Shown here one piece after another: positions 28,407-37,826 of a DNA stretch of 50,367 bases. This DNA comes from a virus (taxonomy: Duplodnaviria; Caudoviricetes). The first letter of the stretch is position 1; every line of letters begins with the position of its first letter. Position numbers and translations under genes: made by a program. Where the stretch lies: positions 1 through 50,367 of the IMG/VR virus record IMGVR_UViG_3300005100_000006; one strand, given 5' to 3'. The notes beneath the pieces are model-generated. The model had not been told where the DNA came from. It ran no database searches and saw only the letters and a list, made by a program, of their open reading frames with translations.

Positions 28407-30884
28407 ATGGCTTATTCACCAAAACAGACCTATCCAGGCGCAACCGAAGCCGATCCGAACTATCAAGGCGATAAGTTCAAAAACAACTCACAGCCAACTG
28501 TGAACGATGGTTCACCGCTTCGCGCAGAAGACCGTAACCAACGTTTAGCACTTGATGAAGCCGTCATGAATGCGGCAGGCATGAAGTACAACGGGCAAGC
28601 TGACACGCCTCAAGATTCCCAAATGTTTGCAGCCTACAAAGCCGCTTTAGGCAATGGCGCGAACCTTTTATCGAATCATAACTTTTTGATCCCTTCACCG
28701 GACGACAGCCAACCGGCACCGGACGCCACGCCGCGATCTTACCCTGCCGGTTTTGAAGTCTTTGCTGGCGTGTTTGCCAACGAAACCACCGGCGTTTCTA
28801 ATCTAACTTACATTAATGGCCGCGTGTCGTTTTCTGGTGGCGATATTAATTTCGAAGTGTCAAACAATAACGGACTTGATCGCGTCACTGATTTTGTCGC
28901 ATCCGTGGCTGACTTTGAAGGCAAGCCTCGCACCCGTGGCGTGTCTTTCTCGCTTGTGGGTAACAGCTACCGCGTGACGGTGGGCGTTGACGCCCTAACC
29001 GATACCGATGGCAATGATACGTTTTTGGGTTCGGTGAAGCTTGAGCAAGGATTAGTGGCGACGGGGCATGATGTTGGTTCGTTATCTTTGTGGAATTTGG
29101 CGGATCATACCGACTTAGTTTTTGATAGTGTTGATGATGCAAAGTCCGGGGGTTCGCTTTCAGAGTCAATGCTTAATTCAAGAACCGTAATGGTTGAAAC
29201 GAAATCATATTACGACACATCCGCAGGTAATAAACCTTTAGGCGGTGCTAAATATTTAGCGTCAAGCTTGGTTTATATTAGAAATTCCCTTGGTGATCCG
29301 TCATGGATTCCTGACGGATACGGAAGCAACTATATATCTGGTATCGGTTCTGGCACTGACTACGTAATATATTTACTAGGAGATGTGTTAGATCTTTATC
29401 AATACGGATTCAAGCTTGATGGTACAGACGAGACAGCCAAGTTTAACGCTATTGCTTTAGACGGGCGACCTGTTGTTCAGTCTGGGGGTAATCTAGGAGT
29501 TAAAGACGCTCAATTATTAACGATTGATTTTGAATGCTCTAGTAACTCAAAAATAACCTGTTTAACTCCTGATGGGCTAGGAGATGCTTACGACACCTTT
29601 AAAATAACAGGCGATGACGCAAGGGTGATAATAAACGGGACTCTTGACTGCAACAACTCCGGAATTACCTCTTTTAATTTTACTGGACACAATCCTGATT
29701 TTTACTTGAGAAAGTCTATAAATTGCAGCATAAAATCAGGTTCATCAACTTTTACGGGCGTTGCTTTATTTACGGGTAACAACTCAAAATTTAAAGGTTA
29801 CGGTGAGCAATTCCTAAGAAACGGAGTTTCATTTACTGACATACCCGCCGCGCCTAGGTTATTTACAGTTCAAGGCACTGCTGAGGACTATTATTGTGAA
29901 TATTCAATCACTAAAGGTGCAACTGATAATTTTGTTGTCGGCGCTTCAACAATAAGCGGTCGCTGTGACTTGGTTTACTCTACTGGATGCCTTGACAATA
30001 GCGTTTACCACTTGGGAGGTAAGTTAAGTCTTGGCGCTGTTCATCATATAGATGGTCAAGATGAGGTTGTGGTGTCTGAAGGTGATTTATCTTGCGATTC
30101 AATTACTGTTAGAGGTTACGCTTTAAGCGTGATCGGATGGCAGAACGCAAGCAGAGTTACAATATCGAAAATAGACTGGGATGATGAAGGCAAAAAAAGC
30201 TCTTCCGGACAATACTCAGGCAATATATTTAGACAGCGACCACTTAACACATCTAGCGGTAGGGTTAAAATAGGAAATATAGATGCAAAATACACAGGTA
30301 ATAATCTTTGCAGTGTAGGGTCAGGTAACGGAACAACTGACAGGCTAACCGTTAGCAATATGGATGTTTTATTTAGGGCAGACACAAATAATTCTGGCTT
30401 AAATATGAATTCATGGATGGCACTAAACGGGGTTAGGTCGTTTGCAATAAAGGATTGGACGGTAAATATATTTGATGTAAATGGAACTTTTACCTCATCT
30501 GATAGATTTGAAGGCTCGGCGGGAACTCTTAGCGGGCCTACAACATGGGATAGCATAAAAATACAAACTACAAATTCTTCTGGGTTTGGTTCTCATGGGT
30601 TCAGGTTTAGAAATGCTGCACAAGAATTTTTTGAGTCGTATGGAGCAGTTTGGCAAGCTTCAATCCCATCGATAGAAGGTTCTAATTTTAGCGCTTCATC
30701 TGGTGTTGATATGGCGGAATCATACCCAACCTCCGGAACTTGGAATGCGGGTAAGACTTTACACAGAAGAAATCTAAACCCAACATCACCAGAACAAGAA
30801 AAAGCAGTAAAATGGCAATGTGTTACATCTGGATCGCCTGGTCAATGGGTTCAAGAATCTGCAAAGGTTGTTAATGTACCTTAA
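28407..30884 (+). CDS. Tail fibre/tailspike with a probable beta-helix receptor-binding domain
   Basis: Baseplate-anchor-like N-terminus (DGSPL...DTPQDSQ), YGFKLDGTDETAKF neck motif, Asn/Ser/Gly-rich beta region, PTSGTW..G...W.C...G.PG.W C-terminus. Confidence 0.8.
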   Translation: MAYSPKQTYPGATEADPNYQGDKFKNNSQPTVNDGSPLRAEDRNQRLALDEAVMNAAGMKYNGQADTPQDSQMFAAYKAALGNGANLLSNHNFLIPSPDDSQPAPDATPRSYPAGFEVFAGVFANETTGVSNLTYINGRVSFSGGDINFEVSNNNGLDRVTDFVASVADFEGKPRTRGVSFSLVGNSYRVTVGVDALTDTDGNDTFLGSVKLEQGLVATGHDVGSLSLWNLADHTDLVFDSVDDAKSGGSLSESMLNSRTVMVETKSYYDTSAGNKPLGGAKYLASSLVYIRNSLGDPSWIPDGYGSNYISGIGSGTDYVIYLLGDVLDLYQYGFKLDGTDETAKFNAIALDGRPVVQSGGNLGVKDAQLLTIDFECSSNSKITCLTPDGLGDAYDTFKITGDDARVIINGTLDCNNSGITSFNFTGHNPDFYLRKSINCSIKSGSSTFTGVALFTGNNSKFKGYGEQFLRNGVSFTDIPAAPRLFTVQGTAEDYYCEYSITKGATDNFVVGASTISGRCDLVYSTGCLDNSVYHLGGKLSLGAVHHIDGQDEVVVSEGDLSCDSITVRGYALSVIGWQNASRVTISKIDWDDEGKKSSSGQYSGNIFRQRPLNTSSGRVKIGNIDAKYTGNNLCSVGSGNGTTDRLTVSNMDVLFRADTNNSGLNMNSWMALNGVRSFAIKDWTVNIFDVNGTFTSSDRFEGSAGTLSGPTTWDSIKIQTTNSSGFGSHGFRFRNAAQEFFESYGAVWQASIPSIEGSNFSASSGVDMAESYPTSGTWNAGKTLHRRNLNPTSPEQEKAVKWQCVTSGSPGQWVQESAKVVNVP

Positions 30885-30915
30885 ACAAAACCCCTAGCTA
30901 ATAACTAGGGGATTA
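30883..30915. terminator. Terminator between convergent arms
   Basis: CCCCTAG/CTAGGGG hairpin with flanking A/T runs. Confidence 0.65.
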
Positions 30916-30918
30916 CTT

Positions 30919-31122
30919 TTATTTACTTAACCACAACACCCAATCCAACAATCCCATTAATCCAAACGCGGATTTCAACAATCGAATAGCCATAATACGC
31001 CGCTTGCATATCAGTAAGCGGCACATATTGTCGAGTGTCGATCCCACTTGGTTGCAGCTCGACATTAAAGCGGATACAATAGCAATGCATAGGATGTTTT
31101 GCTTGTATTTTGCAATATTCAT
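30919..31122 (-). CDS. Putative small lipoprotein
   Basis: AACAGGGC upstream; basic-hydrophobic signal ending LMSSC. Confidence 0.4.
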   Translation of the reverse strand: MNIAKYKQNILCIAIVSALMSSCNQVGSTLDNMCRLLICKRRIMAIRLLKSAFGLMGLLDWVLWLSK

Positions 31123-31149
31123 TTGTTTGCCCTGTTATTTGGTAGTTTG

Positions 31150-31177
31150 AAAAGCCCCGCAGCCACGGGGCTTTTTT
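31150..31177. terminator. Intrinsic terminator downstream of the lysis genes
   Basis: AAAAGCCCCG-cagcca-CGGGGCTTTT. Confidence 0.8.
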
Positions 31178-31181
31178 GTGA

Positions 31182-31328
31182 CTATAGAAAAAATGAAAGC
31201 GCAACGCCGTAAAGCGTAATTAAGAAGATGTTAAAAGCTAAATGTTTAGGCTTTTGTTCTGGCTTCTTTTCCCACTTCCAGATCCAGCCATTGTGGTAAA
31301 TTATTAGTCTGTGCGTGAATAGCTTCAC
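31182..31328 (-). CDS. Small membrane protein (48 aa; not in ORF track)
   Basis: GTG overlapping the holin TAG; GAGGGG SD; C-terminal TM (FNIFLITLYGVALSFFL). Confidence 0.45.
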   Translation of the reverse strand: MKLFTHRLIIYHNGWIWKWEKKPEQKPKHLAFNIFLITLYGVALSFFL

Positions 31329-31681
31329 TATTTCCCCCTCTTCACTGAATCAACAATTCCCCCGGTAAAGTACCACCCCATAACGAGTAACATTAGGTAA
31401 CCAAGTTCAAACTGTGCCGCGAGCGAAACAAGCCCGTCTAGTTGTTCGGAAGTACCAAACAAGTGAACGCCAACACACGCCCACATAAGCGCAAAAAAGT
31501 TAATGCAGACCGCAAAAGCTAGAAAGCGCTGTGCAAGCTTGAAAGGTTCGTACAGCTTCAACAGGTCTTTTTTTGCCGCCGTCTTTTCTTCGTCGGTGTG
31601 AAACATGGCATCGATTGAATTGATACCCGCGTCAATTACTTTGGATGAGCCAAAGATTTTTCCTATTAGGTTGGTTAGCAT
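31328..31681 (-). CDS. Holin (3TM/GTA-holin-like family)
   Basis: ID.MFHTDEEK motif, TM segments, GWYF.G; overlaps the endolysin. Confidence 0.8.
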   Translation of the reverse strand: MLTNLIGKIFGSSKVIDAGINSIDAMFHTDEEKTAAKKDLLKLYEPFKLAQRFLAFAVCINFFALMWACVGVHLFGTSEQLDGLVSLAAQFELGYLMLLVMGWYFTGGIVDSVKRGK

Positions 31682-32163
31682 AGTAGATCCCCTAATTTCT
31701 TATAAAACTTAACCGCATCGTTTTCACGGTACAGATAGACGCGTTTTTTGTTGCCTTGCGCGTCAACTTCGCTGTAACACAGCCACACCAAGCGCCCTTT
31801 GCGGCTGTCAATGTGGATCATTGGTTTGTTAGTGTCGAAGTAAATACCAATGCCACCAATGGCTGGTATTTGCTCCGCTGTTAGCATGGCGTGGATCATT
31901 CGTCCAACGCTCGACACTTGCAGATCGGTAGCCGTTGAAAGTCGGGTGCCGCCTTTTGTGTTGTGCTGGCTTCCGCTTTCGTCGTCGCGAACGTGTGCAC
32001 CAAATAAAGGACTTGGCACCATTGGCGTGCCCGAGCGCTTACGCAGTGGAAAAACGCAGTCGGTGAATAGATCCGCGTCCATGTGCTTTAGCGTGCCGCT
32101 TGGCCACTCGTGTGGCTGCATGTTTTGTGGCCATGCTGATTTTGTTAGTTGGCTGGCTTTCAT
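31675..32163 (-). CDS. Endolysin, peptidase M15 family
   Basis: SQH...ATD and GGIGIY...IHIDSR zinc-peptidase motifs. Confidence 0.85.
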   Translation of the reverse strand: MKASQLTKSAWPQNMQPHEWPSGTLKHMDADLFTDCVFPLRKRSGTPMVPSPLFGAHVRDDESGSQHNTKGGTRLSTATDLQVSSVGRMIHAMLTAEQIPAIGGIGIYFDTNKPMIHIDSRKGRLVWLCYSEVDAQGNKKRVYLYRENDAVKFYKKLGDLLC

Positions 32164-32361
32164 CTAAACCCCCGCAATTGCAAAAGAAAGTAGACCAAAG
32201 AAACAAGCCGCGCCGATACACATGAAAACTTTGTCGCCAGTGGTTAGCGGGTTTCGCGGCGCCTCTTGATGTGTGTTTTCGCAGTGGTAGCGCTGCTTGC
32301 TGCGAGCTAGGCCGGTTGATTGGTTGTAAGCGAACTCGATTGTGGTTTCGTGGTTGTGCAT
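32164..32361 (-). CDS. Small protein with a C-terminal TM segment
   Basis: GAGG SD; abuts the endolysin. Confidence 0.55.
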   Translation of the reverse strand: MHNHETTIEFAYNQSTGLARSKQRYHCENTHQEAPRNPLTTGDKVFMCIGAACFFGLLSFAIAGV

Positions 32362-32498
32362 TATTTCGCATCCTCTTTGATAGCGATTACTTGAAACTTA
32401 TAGCCGTAGAAATTACGGTGAGTAAAAACTAACGGCTTGCCGTTAATCAATTTGTTTAGGTGTTCCGTGATGTTGTCACGGAATTTTTTAAATATCAT
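32361..32498 (-). CDS. Hypothetical protein (45 aa; not in ORF track)
   Basis: Coupled at both ends (ATGA, TAATG). Confidence 0.5.
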   Translation of the reverse strand: MIFKKFRDNITEHLNKLINGKPLVFTHRNFYGYKFQVIAIKEDAK

Positions 32499-32593
32499 TT
32501 AACCCAGCCCTTACTTTTTTTAGAGCAACCATAACAGCAGCCTCTATAATTTACTCCCAGCTTTCCGCAGTGGGCGCATTTTGTGAATATCAT
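32495..32593 (-). CDS. Tiny Cys-rich protein (32 aa; not in ORF track)
   Basis: CAHC...CCYGC; AAGGGG SD. Confidence 0.45.
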   Translation of the reverse strand: MIFTKCAHCGKLGVNYRGCCYGCSKKSKGWVK

Positions 32594-32695
32594 CGATACC
32601 CCTTAAATGTTGTTTTATTCTATATTACTCCACTAGGGGAACTTTTCTAATGAAAAAAAACGATTAACACGCTAGGTATTAATCGCTTTTTTGGG

Positions 32696-32995
32696 TTAAA
32701 GGCTTTCGGTTTTTTGCATCTTCTCAAGTTCAACGATAAAAGCGGCGCAACACATTGCATGTGCTGCATGTGGCAAGCCGGATTCAGCATCAACTGTTTC
32801 ACCGCGCTGAATGGCGAAAGTATGACGCAACAAAGCGGCTCGATATCTATTTAAACCGTCCTCCACATGCTGCCATGAGTTTGGCGCGTACTTTTCAGCG
32901 CCAAACGTTAACACCTTTGCCAATTCATCGATGGCTATTGCTGGTATTAGGTCGTAACGTGGTTTTTCTTGGTCGTGTTTCATTCCTTTATTCAT
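32696..32995 (-). CDS. dATP/dGTP diphosphohydrolase domain protein (DUF5664)
   Basis: K.D..KPRYDLIP, VLTFGAEKY..NSW, LLRH and D.ESGLPH.AHA motifs. Confidence 0.85.
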   Translation of the reverse strand: MNKGMKHDQEKPRYDLIPAIAIDELAKVLTFGAEKYAPNSWQHVEDGLNRYRAALLRHTFAIQRGETVDAESGLPHAAHAMCCAAFIVELEKMQKTESL

Positions 32996-32996
32996 T

Positions 32997-33518
32997 CTAT
33001 TTCCCCATTATTTCTTTACGCTCAACCAAGCATGTTTGGCTTTTTAGCGGTGACTTTGGATCAAAGACAAACACCACCGAGCCTTTATTATTGCCGCTTA
33101 CTGGCTTTTGTGTTTCAGCATTAATGAAAGCAATGCGCCCGCTTATAAAGTGGCATTCTGAGCAATTACGGTATGCGGCTCTAAACCATTTCACTGATGT
33201 ATCGGCAGGGATAAGCATCACAGTTGTTTTTCCCTGTTGCATTTGCTCAACTGCTTTTAGAACCCATGGCGAAATATCAGAGTATGGAGGGTTGCACCAG
33301 TTAACCGATCCCCATTCGCTTTCGTGTAAAGCATCTAAGAATAAACCGCCATACTGTTCGCCTAAGTGGTTGTGTGGAATGAATGTATTTTCAAAACTTG
33401 CCGCAACGTCACAATCAAAATTAAATCGCTTGTTGTAGTGCTCAAATAAAGCCTTTGGCGTCTGCCATAGGTCGCGTATTTCCGGCGATGTTTTGCTGTC
33501 GTGGTAGCCTTTTGTCAT
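32997..33518 (-). CDS. dam: Phage DNA N6-adenine methyltransferase
   Basis: DLWQTP, FDCDVAAS, WCNPPYS, LIPA and GRIAF motifs. Confidence 0.9.
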   Translation of the reverse strand: MTKGYHDSKTSPEIRDLWQTPKALFEHYNKRFNFDCDVAASFENTFIPHNHLGEQYGGLFLDALHESEWGSVNWCNPPYSDISPWVLKAVEQMQQGKTTVMLIPADTSVKWFRAAYRNCSECHFISGRIAFINAETQKPVSGNNKGSVVFVFDPKSPLKSQTCLVERKEIMGK

Positions 33519-33532
33519 GTTGGTATGTCCTG

Positions 33533-33811
33533 TTACTTGTTAAAAACCCGAAACCGCTTTTCGATGAACTTTCTTAGCCTGGTGTTGGCCTCATAGCGTC
33601 CCGCGTTGGTTTTCTTGTGTGGTATGGGCTCAAGGCTTACGGCTTCAATGTATGCCTTGCTGTATGCGCGGCAGACTTTGCCGCGTTCGTTCTTGCTGTC
33701 GTCTATCGGGTCAAACTGTAGATAGCTAAGCATTTGATTTATCCACTCCCGATCCGCCTCGTAGTGGTGTTCGGGTAGTTGGCCAAGTGGTTGCTTTTTT
33801 CCGTATGCCAT
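33533..33811 (-). CDS. Hypothetical protein
   Basis: GGAG SD; in operon. Confidence 0.7.
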   Translation of the reverse strand: MAYGKKQPLGQLPEHHYEADREWINQMLSYLQFDPIDDSKNERGKVCRAYSKAYIEAVSLEPIPHKKTNAGRYEANTRLRKFIEKRFRVFNK

Positions 33812-33820
33812 GGCTCCCCC

Positions 33821-34252
33821 TTATGGCCGCTTGTCGGATCCGTGTAGCTTATGCCATGCTCTTACGGCCTCCATTGCGCCAGCAGCGCCCAAAGCGTAAC
33901 AAGCGAAAGCGCCAAGCTTTTTAGAGTTAACCAAGTATTTAAGTTGCTCAGTGCTTGTACTCGAAAGCGTATGATCGCGCCTTTTTAGTTCAATCAAAAT
34001 AGGTGGCTTGCATGGGATCACAATGTCACTTGCGCCCTTGTTCATGCCTTCCATTTTGTGCTGGTTGCCTTGTCGCTTGGTGCGCTTGCCTTCATTGCGG
34101 ATGTGTACCGCTATTTCTGCCAGCTCTGGGAACTCACGGCGAAGCAGTGACAGAAAGCTGATTTGTTCCGGCGTCTCATGTGGACACTTGCCGCGAAATT
34201 CCAGATCCCCGTAAATGGGGATCTTGTGTTTGGTGATTAGGGTTAGGTTCAT
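33821..34252 (-). CDS. VRR-NUC-family nuclease
   Basis: E..EQ, HIRNEG, G...GASD, IELK and Q motifs. Confidence 0.85.
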   Translation of the reverse strand: MNLTLITKHKIPIYGDLEFRGKCPHETPEQISFLSLLRREFPELAEIAVHIRNEGKRTKRQGNQHKMEGMNKGASDIVIPCKPPILIELKRRDHTLSSTSTEQLKYLVNSKKLGAFACYALGAAGAMEAVRAWHKLHGSDKRP

Positions 34253-34440
34253 TGTGAGAGCTCCACGCATTCGGCTTTTCGGTAAATTCTTCCATATGGT
34301 CGATCGTCCTTCATGTTGTACATAAAGACGGCTTTCACCTTTTCACACTGCTCATGGCTATCTAAAATAACAGTGTCCAGTGATCCACCACCTTTTTGGG
34401 ATCCGACAATAATCAATTGCATTATTAGTAAGTATTTCAT
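34249..34440 (-). CDS. Small exported/membrane hypothetical protein
   Basis: Hydrophobic N-terminus, two Cys; ATGA overlaps on both sides. Confidence 0.6.
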   Translation of the reverse strand: MKYLLIMQLIIVGSQKGGGSLDTVILDSHEQCEKVKAVFMYNMKDDRPYGRIYRKAECVELSQ

Positions 34441-36593
34441 TGTGCCACCTCGTAACCGGCGTCAATTCTGCTCTTGTAAATTGCATAATCAACAATTTCA
34501 ACGCAAGGCTCTTTGCATAACTCTTGCGCTTCACTTTCTGAATAAACAACACCGCAACAATCACTTTCGTCATGTATCCAGTAATATGCTGTCTTTGGTT
34601 TTTGCTCCTCTAAAAACTCAACTTGTTTAACTTCAAATTTCGCATAACCGTTTTGGCCTTCGCTTTTCTTCACCTTGATTTGATGCGGTGCCACTGTCCA
34701 AAATGCGCACTGTGAATATTGCGCGTCGATAGTGTCGTCGATTTGGCTTCGCTTAACGCCGTTTCCTTCCGCTAGACGATTGAAGATCCAGTGTTGGCGT
34801 GTTGTGTGCCATGCGACTATTGCGCCGATCTCCGTCATGTACGTTGCTTTAATGGAGTATCCGCCCGAGCCCGTCGAGAATCGTCCCTGTCCGCTTTGGT
34901 AAGGCTCGTATTTAGCGCTGGTGCAAGCAACTGTTCGAGTTTCGCCCATGCTCATGATGCCCGCCTGTCCCGCCACTTCGCTTAGTTTTTCATTTGGATC
35001 AACTAGGCGCTCTTTACACTCGACGCAGTGGCGCGCTGCGATATCATTATCAGCGTGGCATTCTGGGCACGTCTTGGCGCTGTAACGGTGTTCACATCGA
35101 ACAGGCTTGCCACTCATTACGTAAGCCTCTGGATTGCTGCAGCGTCTCGAGTAGTGCGCAGGGACGGGGATTTCTTTAAACCCGCAATCTCCGAACTCAT
35201 CCATGGTTGTAGGATCTAAAACTTGCATGGTTAGGGTTTCGCCTTCCCAAAGCACTGGCTCGCCATCCTCAAACTTCACCGCGCGTTCGGTACCGCTAAT
35301 CAAGAAATTACCAAAGGCGTCGTGCGCTAGTCCGTGGTATGCCTGTTCGTTTCGCTTCTTCTTCACGGAGTGAGCGCCGCAAGCGGGGCAAATAACCTCG
35401 ATTTCCACGCCTTCGCCTGGCTTTGGTTTTGCTTTAATTTGAGGGGTAAAAATATCCTCTTGCAGTTCGTGGCGGTCGATGTTGCCCGCGTAGTCGAGAA
35501 TTAAGCAATTGCCTTTCTCTTCATGCAGTCGCAGGCCGCGCCCAATGATTTGCTGAAAAAGCATGGCTGATTCGGTGGCACGTAAAACAGCAACCAGATC
35601 AACGTGCGGCGCATCAAAGCCCGTGGTTAACACCGAGACATTGACCAAAAATTTAAACTCTCGAGCTTTAAAACGGTTGATAATTTCGGCGCGATCTTTT
35701 TTCTTGAGTTGTCCGGTAACCACTTTCACGTCGCCAACCGGTAACAACTCCGCGATTTCTTCCGCGTGGCTAATGGTTGAAGCGAAGATCATCACGCCCA
35801 TACGATTGACTGACAGGCTTGCGATCTCTTTGACGATGTTGTGCGTTTTGGTGGATTTGTTGAAGACTTCCGCCACTTGCTTATCGTCAAATTTGCCCAT
35901 GCGGTTGAGTTCAAGACCGCTTGTGTCGTAGTTGTCCGAGCTCTCGCCAATCTGGACTTGAGACAAAAATCCCTCTTCCACCAGCTCTCCCGCAGTGATT
36001 CGGTAAAGCAATTTATTGAAAAATGGATCGACCGCCTTGGTTTCGTCGTGGTGGACGTCTTCCTCGCCCGCCGCGTCAATGGCGTAAATATAGCCCGTGC
36101 CCATGCGGTAAGGAGTTGCGGTCATGCCAACAATGCGGCACTTCTCGTTTGCCTTCTTGCCGTTAATTTCGAAGTTAAGCACGCCGTCAATGATTTTTTT
36201 AAGGCTTGGAGTAATGCCGTGCGCTTCATCGATAATGATCGCGCTAATACCCATGCGAGCGATTTTATCAATCGATTTCATGGCGCTTTGTGGTGATGCA
36301 AATATCACTTGAGAGCGCAGGCATTTACTGCCCGCGCTGGCGCAATAGATTGAGGCGTTATAGCCGAAATCTTTGTATTTTTGCGCGTTTTGCTCAACCA
36401 ATTCTTTTGAAGGCGCGATACAAAGCACTTTTTTTGATGGTGCGACGCCAGAGAAAAACTCCGCCAGCTTCGCAACGATTAGAGACTTGCCCGCGCCGGT
36501 TGCAAGTTCTAACAGGCTAGGTGAAAGACGCTTTTTTACGTAGGCGATCACAGCGTCTACGGCGTCCTGTTGGTAGTAGCGGAGTTTGTACAT
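34437..36593 (-). CDS. Superfamily 2 helicase (RadD/YejH-like) with zinc fingers
   Basis: LRYYQ, ATGAGKS, DEAH, TATP, LTTGFDAP, QIIGRGLR; CxxC clusters. Confidence 0.93.
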   Translation of the reverse strand: MYKLRYYQQDAVDAVIAYVKKRLSPSLLELATGAGKSLIVAKLAEFFSGVAPSKKVLCIAPSKELVEQNAQKYKDFGYNASIYCASAGSKCLRSQVIFASPQSAMKSIDKIARMGISAIIIDEAHGITPSLKKIIDGVLNFEINGKKANEKCRIVGMTATPYRMGTGYIYAIDAAGEEDVHHDETKAVDPFFNKLLYRITAGELVEEGFLSQVQIGESSDNYDTSGLELNRMGKFDDKQVAEVFNKSTKTHNIVKEIASLSVNRMGVMIFASTISHAEEIAELLPVGDVKVVTGQLKKKDRAEIINRFKAREFKFLVNVSVLTTGFDAPHVDLVAVLRATESAMLFQQIIGRGLRLHEEKGNCLILDYAGNIDRHELQEDIFTPQIKAKPKPGEGVEIEVICPACGAHSVKKKRNEQAYHGLAHDAFGNFLISGTERAVKFEDGEPVLWEGETLTMQVLDPTTMDEFGDCGFKEIPVPAHYSRRCSNPEAYVMSGKPVRCEHRYSAKTCPECHADNDIAARHCVECKERLVDPNEKLSEVAGQAGIMSMGETRTVACTSAKYEPYQSGQGRFSTGSGGYSIKATYMTEIGAIVAWHTTRQHWIFNRLAEGNGVKRSQIDDTIDAQYSQCAFWTVAPHQIKVKKSEGQNGYAKFEVKQVEFLEEQKPKTAYYWIHDESDCCGVVYSESEAQELCKEPCVEIVDYAIYKSRIDAGYEVAQ

Positions 36594-36595
36594 GG

Positions 36596-37093
36596 TTAGT
36601 CCTTAACCTTCAAAACAGCATCTTCCCACTTAATCAAGCGGCGCGTTGTTGGGTTTTCTTGCTCTTCCCACATCTTGACTTGATACGTTGCTGGCTCGTA
36701 TTCGTAAATGCCATCGATAACGCCGCAATCCAATTCAGTGCCAAGCGGTAGAGGTTGAACGATTTCGTTGTTTTCGCCCCACTCTTTAATCATCTTGCGA
36801 ATAACTGCAGACAGACAAGAATCAACGCTTTCTAGGTCGTCAATGAAGTTGCGATCAACATTCCAACCATCATCTTCAAAGTCTTTCGCTAGATCGTAAG
36901 CGTCGCAGTGCTCGTACCAGTTATCAACGACTGACTCGATAAGATCTTCTTTGTCGCTTTCTTGAAAAGGGCAGTATTTACCAGCAAAAAGTTTTTCGAC
37001 CGCTTTTTCTGCAATCTCTTGCTTGTGAGCGTACCAATTTGGGCGCGGTGGCGTTTCTGTGCCGTCTTTGTTAAATAGTTTTGTAGTTGCCAT
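36596..37093 (-). CDS. Acidic hypothetical protein
   Basis: AACAGGAC upstream; ORF track. Confidence 0.7.
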   Translation of the reverse strand: MATTKLFNKDGTETPPRPNWYAHKQEIAEKAVEKLFAGKYCPFQESDKEDLIESVVDNWYEHCDAYDLAKDFEDDGWNVDRNFIDDLESVDSCLSAVIRKMIKEWGENNEIVQPLPLGTELDCGVIDGIYEYEPATYQVKMWEEQENPTTRRLIKWEDAVLKVKD

Positions 37094-37153
37094 GATTATT
37101 TGTCCTGTTAAAAAGCCGCCGTTCTTGGCGGCTTGGGGTGGTGGTGGGTTTAA

Positions 37154-37756
37154 TTAAAAGTCGATATCGTCTTCGTCTTCGTCCGCTTGCTCTGGCGCTG
37201 GCTCTTGATATGTTTCTGGCGCTTCATGCTGTGCTGCAGCTGTGTGGTTTTCTTGCCCTGGCTGCAACATCTTGGCGCGGTCGTAGGCAAAGCCGCGTAC
37301 AAAGTTTATCACGCGAAGATTGCCTTCTTCGTCCATTTCTGGGTTGCCGCTTTCGTCTTCCGGCGTGAATGCGCCAAACTTACATTTTGCGTATGCTTTG
37401 CCAGCCCAATACTGCTCGATGTTTTCCGTTGTTAGTGGCAACTGACCTTGTGACATTGGAAAGCCCGCTTGCGCATCGATAACGCCGAGATTTTTCATTG
37501 CACGATCGCGCTTGGTTGCGTCCATGTCGAAAATTTTTGCATCAAACTTGTATGTCTGACCAAAGAACTGACCAGGTGTGACAATTTTAAGGTTAAGAAA
37601 ACAAACGTGATTTGCTTTGCCTTCTTCGATACCTTCAAAGCCGCCAGTTACAAGAATGTCGAAAACCGAGTTATCAGGCACAGGAAGGTTTTGCCCGTCA
37701 AAAAAGCCTTCGTAATCTAGATCGTCTTGAGAAATTGGGTTTAATGTTACTTGCAT
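37154..37756 (-). CDS. Putative single-stranded DNA-binding protein
   Basis: Acidic tail ending DDIDF; replication context. Confidence 0.65.
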   Translation of the reverse strand: MQVTLNPISQDDLDYEGFFDGQNLPVPDNSVFDILVTGGFEGIEEGKANHVCFLNLKIVTPGQFFGQTYKFDAKIFDMDATKRDRAMKNLGVIDAQAGFPMSQGQLPLTTENIEQYWAGKAYAKCKFGAFTPEDESGNPEMDEEGNLRVINFVRGFAYDRAKMLQPGQENHTAAAQHEAPETYQEPAPEQADEDEDDIDF

Positions 37757-37826
37757 TGGTTTTACTCCGTTAAATTTGGAAAAGTCGCGACGCTTGCCGC
37801 GCGTTGGGGTTTTTGGGTTTATTTGG

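Noticed and set aside
21705-30884. Diversity-generating retroelement or invertible fibre cassette
   Set aside because: No reverse transcriptase or invertase, and no template/variable repeat pair seen
30923-31204. 93-aa minus-strand ORF overlapping the lipoprotein candidate
   Set aside because: Its start lies upstream of a terminator and lacks an RBS; the 31122 ATG has the motif-type RBS
32696-32995. Evidence for a Z-base (2-aminoadenine) genome
   Set aside because: No PurZ, DatZ or dedicated polymerase recognised
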